From Candidatus Methanoperedenaceae archaeon (GTDB lineage Archaea; Halobacteriota; Methanosarcinia; Methanosarcinales; Methanoperedenaceae): a DNA stretch of 64,000 bases. The DNA lies in contig CAVWCX010000001.1 in NCBI GenBank assembly GCA_963753595.1, positions 32,001 through 96,000 on the forward strand. Direction: 5' to 3'. The notes under the pieces are model-generated. The model had not been told where the DNA came from, made no database searches, and saw nothing but the letters and a program-made list of their open reading frames with translations. This document shows positions 20,789-30,819 of the stretch, in pieces; the first letter of the stretch is position 1; each line of letters begins with the position of its first letter. Made by a program: the position numbers and the translations under genes.

Positions 20789-21829
20789 TTATTTTTTATT
20801 TATATCTGCAATTGCCGCTTCTAAAAAGCTCTTATCTATCCAGGAATTGTAATCCACTTTTCCTTCCAGTAAATTATTTTCCTTCATGAATTCCTCTTCG
20901 TCTTTCAGGGCTTGAATTGAAAGATCTGTAATTCTCGGGTCATTATAAACGGTCTTATTGTCGGGATACGCTGCCCTTGTAGCTGTCTCGTTTTGTTTTT
21001 TTGCTTTAGCAAATATTTTCATTGCTTCATCAAAATGTTCATCTGCCCATTGCGATGTTTTCAGATCGATTTTCAATAATCTTTTTACGATTTCAGGATG
21101 TTTCTTTGCAAAATCTCCACGAACGTTGATCGGACTTGGTGGTGATTGGAATTCGGGATGATCTTTTCCACTCCATAGTATTCTTGCTTCCCCTGTGGAT
21201 AAAAGTGGAAATGTTGTACTCTCGCTTTCTACAAGAGCATCGACATCCCCTCTTATCAAGGCTGGACCGGAGGCTGTAAAATCGAGATTGAACGATTCAA
21301 TATCTTTGATAGACAATCCCTCTGTTTTCAATGCTTTTGTAATAGTTGCATGGCGCACAGTCCCTTTCAAATAAGCCACTTTTTTGCCTTTTAGATCCTT
21401 GACGGATTTTATAGCTGAATCATTCCTGACTATTATTGAAGAGGCTGAAATCGGATTACCAAAAGATGAGAGCCCAATTAGTTTGATATCTGCACCAGCT
21501 GCTGCGGTACGCAAAGCCGGATCAGTACCAGTATACGTGAAATCAAGACCGCCGCTGGCTAAAGCTACCATAGCTTCGGAGCCTCCGCCAGTAAATGGAT
21601 AATACTCTATTTTTATCCCATCCTTTGCGAATTCTTCATCCAACCACCCTTTTTCTATGTTTAATAAGAATTTGAGATGGCCAGGGGCTGTACTTCCAAT
21701 TTTAATTACTGAGATCTTTTCCTCACTATTTTGTGAGTTATTTTCATAAAAATAAATACCCGCCGAGCCTATTAATAAGGCTATTATCCCAATACTTAAT
21801 GCTGATTTACGTGTCATATTTTCCCACAT
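20789..21829 (-). CDS. SsuA/TauA-like ABC substrate-binding protein
   Basis: N-terminal anchor, ALASGGLD, IKSVKDLKGKKVA, FAKKHPEIVKRLL. Confidence 0.88.
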   Translation of the reverse strand: MWENMTRKSALSIGIIALLIGSAGIYFYENNSQNSEEKISVIKIGSTAPGHLKFLLNIEKGWLDEEFAKDGIKIEYYPFTGGGSEAMVALASGGLDFTYTGTDPALRTAAAGADIKLIGLSSFGNPISASSIIVRNDSAIKSVKDLKGKKVAYLKGTVRHATITKALKTEGLSIKDIESFNLDFTASGPALIRGDVDALVESESTTFPLLSTGEARILWSGKDHPEFQSPPSPINVRGDFAKKHPEIVKRLLKIDLKTSQWADEHFDEAMKIFAKAKKQNETATRAAYPDNKTVYNDPRITDLSIQALKDEEEFMKENNLLEGKVDYNSWIDKSFLEAAIADINKK

Positions 21830-23233
21830 TTATTTAAGTATCTCTATAAATGATTCTATACGATTCTGTGTCTGTTCAACTGATTCTAATCGTCCCAGTT
21901 CAGCAACTTCCAGGTTAATTGTTGGGACCCCTGTTTCTTCTTTCACAATGTCGGCGATCATCCTGGAAACAGCCGATTGGTAGCTGCATCCCCAGTTATA
22001 GCCGCATATAACACCATCAGCTCTTGATTTTTTCACTAATCCGACTATCCACTCAGCACGCACCTCAGTGGATTGTTCATAGGAATACGAAAGCACGCTT
22101 CGGGCTAATTTTTCATACGAATCGCCTGTTTCCTCAACATCGGCATAAATTTTGTTTAAGTGGTCATCTGTTCCCACTATTAAACCGCCTTTTTCTTCTA
22201 CGAAATCACCGCGAAGACCAAAGCACGAACCGCATGAAAATACCCTGACCGGATCGTCCTCTAATCCATCTGCTTTTACCGAGTGCTTTATCCGATCCTT
22301 TACTTCACGTTTTGCCCCCTCAAGAAGCTGTGTTGCGGCAAGAGAATCGCCTCGATCAAACCTGCCAAGAGTGATAGTACTTGATGTCTCTGTACTATTT
22401 ATTGGAGGAGTTGATGCCGACCAGGAAAGCTCAACCGTTTCACGCGCCAGCCGCCGTCCTTTATTTTCCAGCTTGATCTCCTTTTTCAGATCTTCATCGC
22501 TGGCTTCACTACCTTTTATTTCACCGATCTTTTTTATCAACCCATAAATTCTTGCTGCAAGATATTTTACTGTCCAGTCTTTATCCCGGGTGATAGGATA
22601 ATCGATTAAATATACAGGTACCTTGTGTTTATGAGTTCTATAAGATTCGATCGCATAAGCAATATCTGAGCAGCGTAAGCACATATACGGTGCGATCAGA
22701 TCAACAGGTACTAATTCTTGATGAATTGATTCTATGGCAGCTATTGGATTGTTGCACGCCTCGATAGAGACTGCTTTTCTTCCGCCTTCAAGTATTGTAT
22801 TCACGCGCTTGCCCGCTTCTCGTAAATTTAACCCTTCTTCCATATCCCTTGCCCAGCCCCTGAGTGGTCCTGGAACAATGGGTATCCCTCCGGCTGCAAA
22901 ATAAGGATCAACGGTCTGCCCTCCCTGAACATGTATGATCGGTGTACCCTGGCTATGTGCTTTTAAAAGGCGGTCCCTCAGTGTAAGAGAAAGATAGCCC
23001 CTTTTTATCCCGCTGAAGAATCCCACATCTTTTGACAATTGGCTATTGTGGAATCGTCCCAAACTGAATGCATGGGGAAATCTTCTTGGAGCTTCTTTTG
23101 TCATAAAATTCCAGATATCGGTGGATGAAACATGTGTCCCATCCCTGAAATCAAGTCCAGGGGTTTCTATAAATCGTTCTTTTATTTCTTCGGGGTATGA
23201 AAAGATTTCTTCGTTGTTATTTAATTTATTCAT
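21830..23233 (-). CDS. 2-hydroxyacyl-CoA dehydratase/benzoyl-CoA reductase-family Fe-S subunit (double-cubane-protein-like)
   Basis: ADGVI.....CSYQ, GVPTINLE, QNRIESFIE C-terminal signature; several Cys. Confidence 0.82.
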   Translation of the reverse strand: MNKLNNNEEIFSYPEEIKERFIETPGLDFRDGTHVSSTDIWNFMTKEAPRRFPHAFSLGRFHNSQLSKDVGFFSGIKRGYLSLTLRDRLLKAHSQGTPIIHVQGGQTVDPYFAAGGIPIVPGPLRGWARDMEEGLNLREAGKRVNTILEGGRKAVSIEACNNPIAAIESIHQELVPVDLIAPYMCLRCSDIAYAIESYRTHKHKVPVYLIDYPITRDKDWTVKYLAARIYGLIKKIGEIKGSEASDEDLKKEIKLENKGRRLARETVELSWSASTPPINSTETSSTITLGRFDRGDSLAATQLLEGAKREVKDRIKHSVKADGLEDDPVRVFSCGSCFGLRGDFVEEKGGLIVGTDDHLNKIYADVEETGDSYEKLARSVLSYSYEQSTEVRAEWIVGLVKKSRADGVICGYNWGCSYQSAVSRMIADIVKEETGVPTINLEVAELGRLESVEQTQNRIESFIEILK

Positions 23234-23245
23234 ATTTCCTCTTAT

Positions 23246-23430
23246 TTATTTAAGTATCTCAATAAATGATTCTATTCGATTCTGTGTTTGTTCTACAGAT
23301 TCCATCCTGCCAAGCTCGGCAACTTCGATATTGATAGTTTGAATTCCTGTTTCTTCTTTAACAATGTCTGAGAGTATTCTGGAGATCCCGGACTGGTAAT
23401 TTGTTTATCCTGTCTATTTGATTGATTCAT
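23246..23430 (-). pseudogene. Internally deleted paralog of the dehydratase subunit (start fused out of frame to last ~50 codons)
   Basis: YQSGISRILSDIVKEETGIQTINIEVAELGRMESVEQTQNRIESFIEILK* nearly matches the C-terminus of 21830..23233. Confidence 0.85.
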
Positions 23431-23475
23431 ATTTTTAATCCCATATTTTCATAATTATATATTATAAATAATATT

Positions 23476-24336
23476 TTATAATATTGCTGTATCATGTTCC
23501 CCTTTCCAGTATGTTGCTTTCTTTTCCATCCAAACAAGTGCATAGTTTAGTGATAGACCAATTATTGCAAGAGTTAATATTCCCGCATACATCTCGGGAA
23601 TGCGAAACATTAGCTGGGAATCCTGGACAAAATACCCTAATCCTGATTTAGCAGCCAGCATCTCAGCGCCAATTACTACCATCACAGCCGCTTTGGCTGA
23701 AAGCCTCGCACCGGCGATAATAGATGGAATAGTTGCCGGGATGATGATTTTTTTGAAGAGATCTATATCCGATATCCCAAATGATTTAGCGGCTTTTATA
23801 AAAAGAGGATCAACACTCTTTACCCCACTTATTGTATTAATTAACATATACCAGAGCGCCGCATAAAATACTATAGCGATCTTTGAAGTTTCACCGATTC
23901 CAAACAGCATGATGAATAATGGAAGCAAAGCGAATTGCGATGTGTTTCTTAAACTCTGGATGAGTAGATCCGTATACTTTTCAACACGCGAATACCATCC
24001 CATCAAAAGCCCCAATGGAATAGCAATAATGGCGGCTAATCCAAATCCCAGAATAGATCGTTCCATACTTGCTTTTGCATGAAATAATATTTCTCCAGAT
24101 AAAACAAGATTTTTTAGAGTTAAAACTGTTTCAGAAAAGGTGGGGAAAAATATCGAACTGACTAAACCTGTCCTGGGCAGCACCTCCCATGCAAAAAAGA
24201 AGGCAAACAGAAGTATAAGACCATGAGCATGTTTGCTTATTTTTATAATCTTCTCTTTAAATCTCTTTATAAAGCCTTCGATCCCTAAAAAATCTACTTT
24301 TAATTCTTCTTTAGAACTGAATATTTCTTCTACCAT
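23476..24336 (-). CDS. SsuC/TauC-like ABC permease
   Basis: LINTISGVKSVDPLFIKAAKSFG, GAEMLAAKSGLGY. Confidence 0.9.
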   Translation of the reverse strand: MVEEIFSSKEELKVDFLGIEGFIKRFKEKIIKISKHAHGLILLFAFFFAWEVLPRTGLVSSIFFPTFSETVLTLKNLVLSGEILFHAKASMERSILGFGLAAIIAIPLGLLMGWYSRVEKYTDLLIQSLRNTSQFALLPLFIMLFGIGETSKIAIVFYAALWYMLINTISGVKSVDPLFIKAAKSFGISDIDLFKKIIIPATIPSIIAGARLSAKAAVMVVIGAEMLAAKSGLGYFVQDSQLMFRIPEMYAGILTLAIIGLSLNYALVWMEKKATYWKGEHDTAIL

Positions 24337-24362
24337 CTGTATTATCCTCCTTTTTTTCTTTT

Positions 24363-25199
24363 CTATCTTGCATACACAGATGCCAGCTCCCAATCTTTCT
24401 GTGCTTTGAGTACTTCTTCTTTAAGCGCTCCCCAGACTTTATGCCGGTTGTCTGCGAATTCATTACTTGATCTTATGTCTGCGTCTCTTGGTCTTGAAAG
24501 ATCAATATCTAATATTGTTTTTATAATTCCAGGTCTGGCTGTCATAACAGCGACCCTGTCTGCAAGGAATACTGCTTCGTCGATACTGTGAGTTACGAAG
24601 ATAACAGTTGTATGAGTTTTTTCCCAGATTTTGAGAAGCTCATTCTGAAGAATTTCACGGGTTTGTGCATCCAGGGCGGCATAAGGTTCGTCCATCAACA
24701 ATACATCAGGATTGGTTGCAAGCGCTCTTGCTATGGCAACTCTTTGCTGCATACCACCGGAAAGTTGATAGGGAAATCGATCTCCAAAGTCTGACAACCC
24801 GAATTGAGACAAAAGCTTTTTTGCAATTTGTCCTCTTTCCCCTTTTGGAACATTTCGCATTTCTAGTCCGAATTCTATGTTAGAAAGAGCTGTCCTCCAT
24901 GGAAACAACGCATACTGCTGGAATACATATGCAGTTTTGATATTAGGGCCGTCAAGAATTTTGTCATCGATATAGACTTTTCCGGTGGTATGATTTGTCA
25001 ATCCGCCAATTATATCAAGAAATACTGATTTTCCGCAACCACTTGGACCAACAAGTGTGAGAAATTCCCCTTTTCTGATGTTCAGGTTAACGCCAGCCAG
25101 CACCTCAACTTCATTGGAAATCAAGCCGTTGCTGATCACTTTCTGCCCATCTTTAAGTTTAAATTTTTTCGTAATGTCCTCAGTTCTTATTTTGTCCAA
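24363..25199 (-). CDS. SsuB/TauB-like ABC ATPase
   Basis: GPSGCGKS, VFQQYALFPW, LSGGMQQR, VTHSIDEAVFLADR. Confidence 0.93.
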   Translation of the reverse strand: MDKIRTEDITKKFKLKDGQKVISNGLISNEVEVLAGVNLNIRKGEFLTLVGPSGCGKSVFLDIIGGLTNHTTGKVYIDDKILDGPNIKTAYVFQQYALFPWRTALSNIEFGLEMRNVPKGERGQIAKKLLSQFGLSDFGDRFPYQLSGGMQQRVAIARALATNPDVLLMDEPYAALDAQTREILQNELLKIWEKTHTTVIFVTHSIDEAVFLADRVAVMTARPGIIKTILDIDLSRPRDADIRSSNEFADNRHKVWGALKEEVLKAQKDWELASVYAR

Positions 25200-25310
25200 T
25201 CAAAACATCTCCTTCCAATCGTATTCGACTGCGGTATTGTCATTAATTCTTGATCGCAGAATTTCAATAAAAGCCTCAACGCGATTTTGAGAGCTGTATA
25301 GCTCTTTCAC
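25200..25310 (-). pseudogene. 36-aa in-frame stub of another deleted dehydratase-family subunit
   Basis: MKELYSSQNRVEAFIEILRSRINDNTAVEYDWKEMF*; GTG overlaps upstream TGA, stop abuts next TTG. Confidence 0.75.
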
Positions 25311-26500
25311 GCATTTACCTCCTGAATATTTTTATTTCTTACAAGCTCTATAAAAGCCTCAGCTCTTGTTCGTATAGCTCCTTCATCAGAACCGGCATAT
25401 TCCGTATGGATCTCAAGCAAGGGTATTCCCTCTGTTTTGAGAACGTTCTTTGTTTCGCCTGCCTTGAAAGTCCAGGGATCGCAATATCTCAATGTGTGAT
25501 AGATTACTCCCTGCGCCCTGTTGTCTTTGATCAATTGTTTCAGATTTTTAAGCCTCTTATCCGTTTCCAATTCCAAATAAGGTAGCGATGCATGAGGAAC
25601 CCGGTTAAGATATGCGTCTGCTATGCCCTCTATAGAAGGTTCTTTAATATTTACATCCAGGATCGGGTTAAGCCCAGACCACAGGTCATCTCCTACTATC
25701 GTGCCGCCCACCTGCTCGATAATATTTATCAGCTTTCTATCTTTAGGAGGAATTATGCTGCCGGATATGAAAATGCGGGCATCTCCGTTAAGATTTCCAG
25801 TTTTTGGGGTGCCGTGTTTTTCTTTCAGTTCTTTTAAAAGTTCCTGGAGTAATGAATTATACCGCCCTCTATCAAGGTAATATCCTGCCTGTACTATATC
25901 GAAAACTTCACGCCATTTTATAGGTGGTTTGTCAGCTGATTGGTATTTGTATAATTCTATTATGGATTTCCTTATGCTATTGTAAAGTTTGATGGATTCT
26001 GCAAGTTTCTTCTTATCAAGTTCGGTTCCTGCGAATTTTTCTAATCTATGCGTGAAGGCCTCTACTTCTTTGCGGAAATATTCCTGTCCTTCAGGCAGAT
26101 CAAAATTCTTTGGAACTCCAAGAATATCAGTGTTGACCTTGAAGTAATGTTTTATAAGCTCTGCCACGCGGTATGTTTGTAAGCAGGTTGCATCCACTGC
26201 TACCAGATCTGAATTTTTAATATATGGATCCTGGTTCTCTGCAAAGAGCCCTACGAGCTCTCTTGTAAAAACACAATTCTTTGTGGATATATACCTGGAG
26301 CCAATTTCAACCAGTCTGTCGTCTCCTCCTGTTCCAAGCCTGATCGGGATTAATCCAAGGGCGTGGATGATCTCTTCAGGGATATTGTAATTAAACCACC
26401 CAACAACCTTTTCCCCTTTTTTTCTTGCTTCTGCAAGCTCCTGAGGTCTATCCTTTACTGCATTTTCTATTTTGTTTATAGTCTCTAATACCATACTCAC
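25307..26500 (-). CDS. 2-hydroxyacyl-CoA dehydratase/BCR-family subunit (HgdB-like)
   Basis: IPEEIIHALGLIPIRL, GVIYHTLRYCDP, IRTRAEAFIE. Confidence 0.88.
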   Translation of the reverse strand: MSMVLETINKIENAVKDRPQELAEARKKGEKVVGWFNYNIPEEIIHALGLIPIRLGTGGDDRLVEIGSRYISTKNCVFTRELVGLFAENQDPYIKNSDLVAVDATCLQTYRVAELIKHYFKVNTDILGVPKNFDLPEGQEYFRKEVEAFTHRLEKFAGTELDKKKLAESIKLYNSIRKSIIELYKYQSADKPPIKWREVFDIVQAGYYLDRGRYNSLLQELLKELKEKHGTPKTGNLNGDARIFISGSIIPPKDRKLINIIEQVGGTIVGDDLWSGLNPILDVNIKEPSIEGIADAYLNRVPHASLPYLELETDKRLKNLKQLIKDNRAQGVIYHTLRYCDPWTFKAGETKNVLKTEGIPLLEIHTEYAGSDEGAIRTRAEAFIELVRNKNIQEVNA

Positions 26501-27303
26501 ACCTTTGAGCCATAGCTCCTGGCGAGTACTGCCGCTCCCAGTGCCCCAACCAACTGCGGATCATATTCTGGCGCAACTATCTTCGCTTTAAGTACTTCTT
26601 CCAGCGCTGCTTTCATTCCTACATTTTTTGCAACTCCGCCTGAGAAGAAAACATCGCTCTCCACACCTACACGCGAAAACATCCCTGATATCCTGTTTGC
26701 AATGGCATGGTGTATTCCTTTAATTATATTCCCCGGTTTCTCACCTCTTGCCAGCAGTGAGACTGTTTCGGATTCTGCAAAAACCGTGCATGTGCTGCTC
26801 ATCGGGACGATTTCTTTTGCATTTAATGACAGCGGACCCAGGTCGTTCAGTTTAACCTTAAAAACATTTGCCATAACTTCAAGGAACCGCCCTGTTCCTG
26901 CTGCGCATTTGTCGTTCATTGCAAAATCTACAACGTTTCCTTTCTCATCCAGGCGGATCGCTTTGCAATCCTGCCCACCCATGTCTATTATTGTTCTTGT
27001 TGCAGGGTGCAGGTAATGTGCCCCCCTGCCATGGCAGGTAATCTCGGTTACTGTTTTATCTGCATAAGGCGCTGAGATCCTTCCATAACCGGTTGCAACT
27101 ATGTATTTCAGGTCATCACGCTTGAGTTTTGCAGATTTAAGCGCTTTTTCAAGAGCAAGCAAGCCGCTCTCTTCTGAGTTCAATCCGGATTGAACAAGAC
27201 CATACCCGAGGATCGAGCCATTTGACACAATTACTGATTTTGCTGTCAGCGAGCCTACATCCACACCCGCAAATGGCGGTTTTATATTTGATTTCGTTGT
27301 CAT
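26497..27303 (-). CDS. ASKHA-type CoA-dehydratase activase / ATP-dependent reductase (HgdC/BadFG-like)
   Basis: GVDVGSLTAK, ATGYGR, EITCHGRG, IDMGGQD, MNDKCAAGTGRFLE, CTVFAESE. Confidence 0.95.
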   Translation of the reverse strand: MTTKSNIKPPFAGVDVGSLTAKSVIVSNGSILGYGLVQSGLNSEESGLLALEKALKSAKLKRDDLKYIVATGYGRISAPYADKTVTEITCHGRGAHYLHPATRTIIDMGGQDCKAIRLDEKGNVVDFAMNDKCAAGTGRFLEVMANVFKVKLNDLGPLSLNAKEIVPMSSTCTVFAESETVSLLARGEKPGNIIKGIHHAIANRISGMFSRVGVESDVFFSGGVAKNVGMKAALEEVLKAKIVAPEYDPQLVGALGAAVLARSYGSKV

Positions 27304-27348
27304 ATCTTCCTCCTCTTTTACTAAGAGTAAGGTCAATATTCCCTGTGG

Positions 27349-27424
27349 ATATATCACAGTTTAGAAATCAGCAACTATCGCCCTATTTATTCCAGATTCT
27401 GCATGATTGCGGCAATATTTTCCG
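27349..27424 (-). promoter_or_regulatory. Regulon operator plus TATA
   Basis: AAATCAGCAA (27365-74) + 36 nt + GGCAA (27411-15). Confidence 0.8.
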
Positions 27425-27448
27425 ATTCAATTCTGTTTTATGCCGTTT

Positions 27449-28639
27449 TCATGATGCTGATGTTTTTCGATTCAATTCATTTTTTCCACTAACAATAATA
27501 TAAAGTGCCATAACCCCAAACAGAGGTATAAAAGACAGGAAAATTGCCTGTGTGCTGAAAAAATCTCCGATAATTCCTCCCAGCGTTGGCCCGAATATTG
27601 AACCCATGCCATGACCGAAAGAGAAGATGCCCGCTATCTTGCCCTTCTCTCCGTCAATATTTCCGACCTGTGTAAATGTAATAAGTGTGATCAAACCTGA
27701 GCTCATTCCAATAACGACAGATGCTATTGAAATCTGAAAAATATCCCTGCTCATTCCCATAACCAGCAGAGCGAGAATGCTTACAATAAAACTGAATAAA
27801 TACAGGTTATTATTGTTTTTACGAAGCAACTGCCCCCCTAAAAATACCACACAAATAGTTGCGCCTCCCTTTAGCGCTATTAACATAGCAGCTACACCTG
27901 CAGATAAATCAAGGTCTTTGATCACAAGAACAGTGATGAAGGTAATAAAAGTAACAAAAAATGCACCATTTATACTCTCAATAATTGTTGCAGTTACTAA
28001 GGACCTGTTTTTTGCAAGCGCCTTGTAATGATTTGAGGCATCTGCAAATCCAAAATTTTTTGGTTTAGCAGGTAAATTGCTTCCACTATTTGTCCGGGCA
28101 AGAATAACTATGAACGGCGCAAGTAAAAATACGCTTGCAAGTGCGAAATAGCTTTTATAACTTATAACTACTATGGCCATTCCCCCAAGAACAGGCCCTA
28201 TCAATGAACCACCCACATTCATCGAACCCTTGAACCAGCCTCCTTTTTTGATGCCAATGAGGTTCATATTCTTGAAAAAATCAGCGTTGAGTGCGGTTGT
28301 TCTTAGACTTCTTGCCATGCCGAAAAATATCATACTGAAAAGAAGAAGTTCAATACTGGATACATATGAGATGAGAACAATTATTGATGAACCCATTACA
28401 GCGCTTACAGAGTACATCTTTTTGGAACCTAAATAATCCACCATGAATCCCGCAGGTAATACTACAAGTAAATCCCCGATCCCGGCTATCCCTTTGATCA
28501 GCCCGATCTGAGTAGAAGAAGCGTTCAGGCTGAGTGCGTAAATAGGCAGTATTAAATTCACCATACCCATCGCAATACCGGTGCTTATATTGATGAGCAT
28601 AAATTTTAAAATAAGCTCATTACCCTTGAAAATCTTCAC
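27449..28639 (-). CDS. MFS transporter
   Basis: About 12 hydrophobic segments, GFMVDYLGSKK motif A. Confidence 0.9.
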   Translation of the reverse strand: MKIFKGNELILKFMLINISTGIAMGMVNLILPIYALSLNASSTQIGLIKGIAGIGDLLVVLPAGFMVDYLGSKKMYSVSAVMGSSIIVLISYVSSIELLLFSMIFFGMARSLRTTALNADFFKNMNLIGIKKGGWFKGSMNVGGSLIGPVLGGMAIVVISYKSYFALASVFLLAPFIVILARTNSGSNLPAKPKNFGFADASNHYKALAKNRSLVTATIIESINGAFFVTFITFITVLVIKDLDLSAGVAAMLIALKGGATICVVFLGGQLLRKNNNNLYLFSFIVSILALLVMGMSRDIFQISIASVVIGMSSGLITLITFTQVGNIDGEKGKIAGIFSFGHGMGSIFGPTLGGIIGDFFSTQAIFLSFIPLFGVMALYIIVSGKNELNRKTSAS

Positions 28640-28659
28640 GCCTAAACTCTAAAAAGCAG

Positions 28660-28736
28660 ATATATAGCACTATACAAATCAGCAAGTGTTACCGTATTTA
28701 TTCGGAAAAACGAACGTTTGAGGCAATTATTTTCCG
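28660..28736 (-). promoter_or_regulatory. Regulon operator plus TATA
   Basis: AAATCAGCAA (28676-85) + 36 nt + GGCAA (28722-26). Confidence 0.85.
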
Positions 28737-28763
28737 GGCTGGCTTAGAACTGTATAACCAGTT

Positions 28764-29984
28764 TTACCCGGCGGTATTTTCTTCAACATTTTCAGGTAAT
28801 TTGCTGATGTTTTCAGATACGATTTTTTTACCACTAATGAATGTATGAATTGCCATCGCGCTAAATGGGATCATAAAAGCAAGAAAAATCGCCTGCACAC
28901 CATAAATATCCCCGATTATTCCACCAAGCGTAGGGCCAATTATAGCGCCAATGCCGTGACCGAAATTAAAGAACCCTGCTATCTTACCTTTTTCCCCATC
29001 CAGACTTCCGACTTCTGTAAAATTGATAAGAGTGATCAGACCGGTGCCTAACCCGTTTAACAACGAGGCCAGACCAAGCTGAATAGTATCAGTTCCTACC
29101 CCCAAAAAAAGAAGTGAAAAAACAGTGGTGATATATGCGAATAAATATAATCTGTTATTGTTCTTCTGCAAGTATGCACCTCCCATGAATACAACAAGCA
29201 AAGTGGACAATCCTTTTAAAGAGATAAGGGCCGCTGCAATACCAGGGGATAACCCCAGGTCTTTGATCACAAGTACTGTAATAAAAACCGTAAATGTCAT
29301 GAAAAATGCGGTATTAATGCCATTTTTGATAGTCGCACTAACCAGGGTCTTGTTCTTTGTAAGAGACAAATAGTGGCTAGAACTGCCGATCAAACTGAGA
29401 TTCTGTTTTTTCACATGCGAACGTATCTTATTTTTTGAGCCGGCATTTATCACCATGAGTGGTATTATTAAAATTGCACCCGTTATAAGAAAATAGCTAT
29501 TAAAACTGAGGGCTACTGCAGCTATACCGCCGATCATAGGTCCCAACAAAGCTGATCCTATGGTCATTGAACCCTTGTACCATCCGGCTTTTTTTACACC
29601 TATTGTATTCATGTTTTGGAAAAATGCAGCGCTTAACGACGTAGTCCTGAAAGTTCTGGCCACACCGTAGAATATCATGGTCAATAAGAGAATTTTCGGA
29701 CTGGCAGCCAGTGATAATAGCATTATTATCACAGCGCTGCAAATGCAGCTTATCGAATATGTTTTTCTTGATCCTAAATAATCCACAATAAATCCGGCGA
29801 CCAGCACTACAAGGATGTCTCCGATGCCTGAAAATCCTTTTATCATACCTATTTCGGTAGAAGTTGCATTCAGGCTGAGGGCATACACAGGGATGATAAA
29901 ATTCATCATGCCAATGGCAATTCCGGAACTGATATTTATTAGCATGAATCTGAAAATAAGTTCGTTGCCCCTGAAAAATTTCAT
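28764..29984 (-). CDS. MFS transporter, tandem paralog of 27449..28639
   Basis: Colinear similarity (MKFFRGNELIFRFMLINIS vs MKIFKGNELILKFMLINIS); upstream region also duplicated. Confidence 0.9.
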   Translation of the reverse strand: MKFFRGNELIFRFMLINISSGIAIGMMNFIIPVYALSLNATSTEIGMIKGFSGIGDILVVLVAGFIVDYLGSRKTYSISCICSAVIIMLLSLAASPKILLLTMIFYGVARTFRTTSLSAAFFQNMNTIGVKKAGWYKGSMTIGSALLGPMIGGIAAVALSFNSYFLITGAILIIPLMVINAGSKNKIRSHVKKQNLSLIGSSSHYLSLTKNKTLVSATIKNGINTAFFMTFTVFITVLVIKDLGLSPGIAAALISLKGLSTLLVVFMGGAYLQKNNNRLYLFAYITTVFSLLFLGVGTDTIQLGLASLLNGLGTGLITLINFTEVGSLDGEKGKIAGFFNFGHGIGAIIGPTLGGIIGDIYGVQAIFLAFMIPFSAMAIHTFISGKKIVSENISKLPENVEENTAG

Positions 29985-30004
29985 GGCTAAACTCTAAAAA
30001 GCAA

Positions 30005-30082
30005 ATATATAGCACTATAGAAATCAGCAAGGGTTGCTGTATTTATTCGGAAAGACGAATGTTTGGGGCAAGTTTCTATCCG
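30005..30082 (-). promoter_or_regulatory. Regulon operator plus TATA
   Basis: AAATCAGCAA (30021-30) + 36 nt + GGCAA (30067-71). Confidence 0.85.
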
Positions 30083-30155
30083 AACATTGGATGAAGTGAA
30101 GGAAAGAAAGCACAGAGTCGGCCATGAACTGAGGTTCCTAAATGAATATTAAAAA

Positions 30156-30227
30156 AACAACGAACAAAAATGAACTGAAACGAACTCCGGTGGCGTGAGT
30201 TCGTTTGGTTCGTACGAGTTCGTTGTT
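30156..30227. repeat. Long imperfect palindrome built of periodic GAAC/GTTC units
   Basis: AACAACGAAC..TGAAC..CGAACTC-loop-GAGTTCG..GTTCG..GTTCGTTGTT. Confidence 0.7.
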
Positions 30228-30296
30228 AATTTTCAACCAGACGCAAGGCGAAATCGCAAAGGAGAGGGCAGGGTGCGGGTATGTGCCGTTGAATCC

Positions 30297-30818
30297 TCAA
30301 ACCACCCCCACCTTTTTTCGATGCCCGACCAGTCCCCCATCAGCCAGTATCTCCTGCAGGAACTCAGGAAGTTTAGAAGCCGGATATTTCACGCCTTCAT
30401 GTACAATTATTCCATTCACCAAGTCGATTTCAATAGTGTCCCCTTCTTCGCAGTCGATCCTTGCTTCAATGATTGGCAGACCCACATTGATGGCATTCCT
30501 GAAAAATATCCTTGCGAACGATCCCGCCACCACGCAGGCAACGCCAGCATATTTTAACGCCAGGGGCGCCTGTTCGCGGGATGAGCCGCATCCGAAATTC
30601 TCACCTGCCACGATTACATCGCCCTTTTGCACTTTTTTTGAGAACTGCGGGTCTAATCCTTCCATGACATGGGCTGCGAATACTCCAAAATCAGTGGTAC
30701 GCAGGTATTTTCCGGGAATAATTACGTCCGTATCCACATTATCGCCAAATTTCCATACTTTTCCCGTGATTTTTTTAAAATTATTATTATTTGTATTATT
30801 TTTATTATTGATCGTCAT
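30297..30818 (-). CDS. LeuD/AksE-family small subunit (Asn-rich N-terminus)
   Basis: [43 protein letters not shown]. Confidence 0.93.
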   Translation of the reverse strand: MTINNKNNTNNNNFKKITGKVWKFGDNVDTDVIIPGKYLRTTDFGVFAAHVMEGLDPQFSKKVQKGDVIVAGENFGCGSSREQAPLALKYAGVACVVAGSFARIFFRNAINVGLPIIEARIDCEEGDTIEIDLVNGIIVHEGVKYPASKLPEFLQEILADGGLVGHRKKVGVV

Positions 30819-30819
30819 T

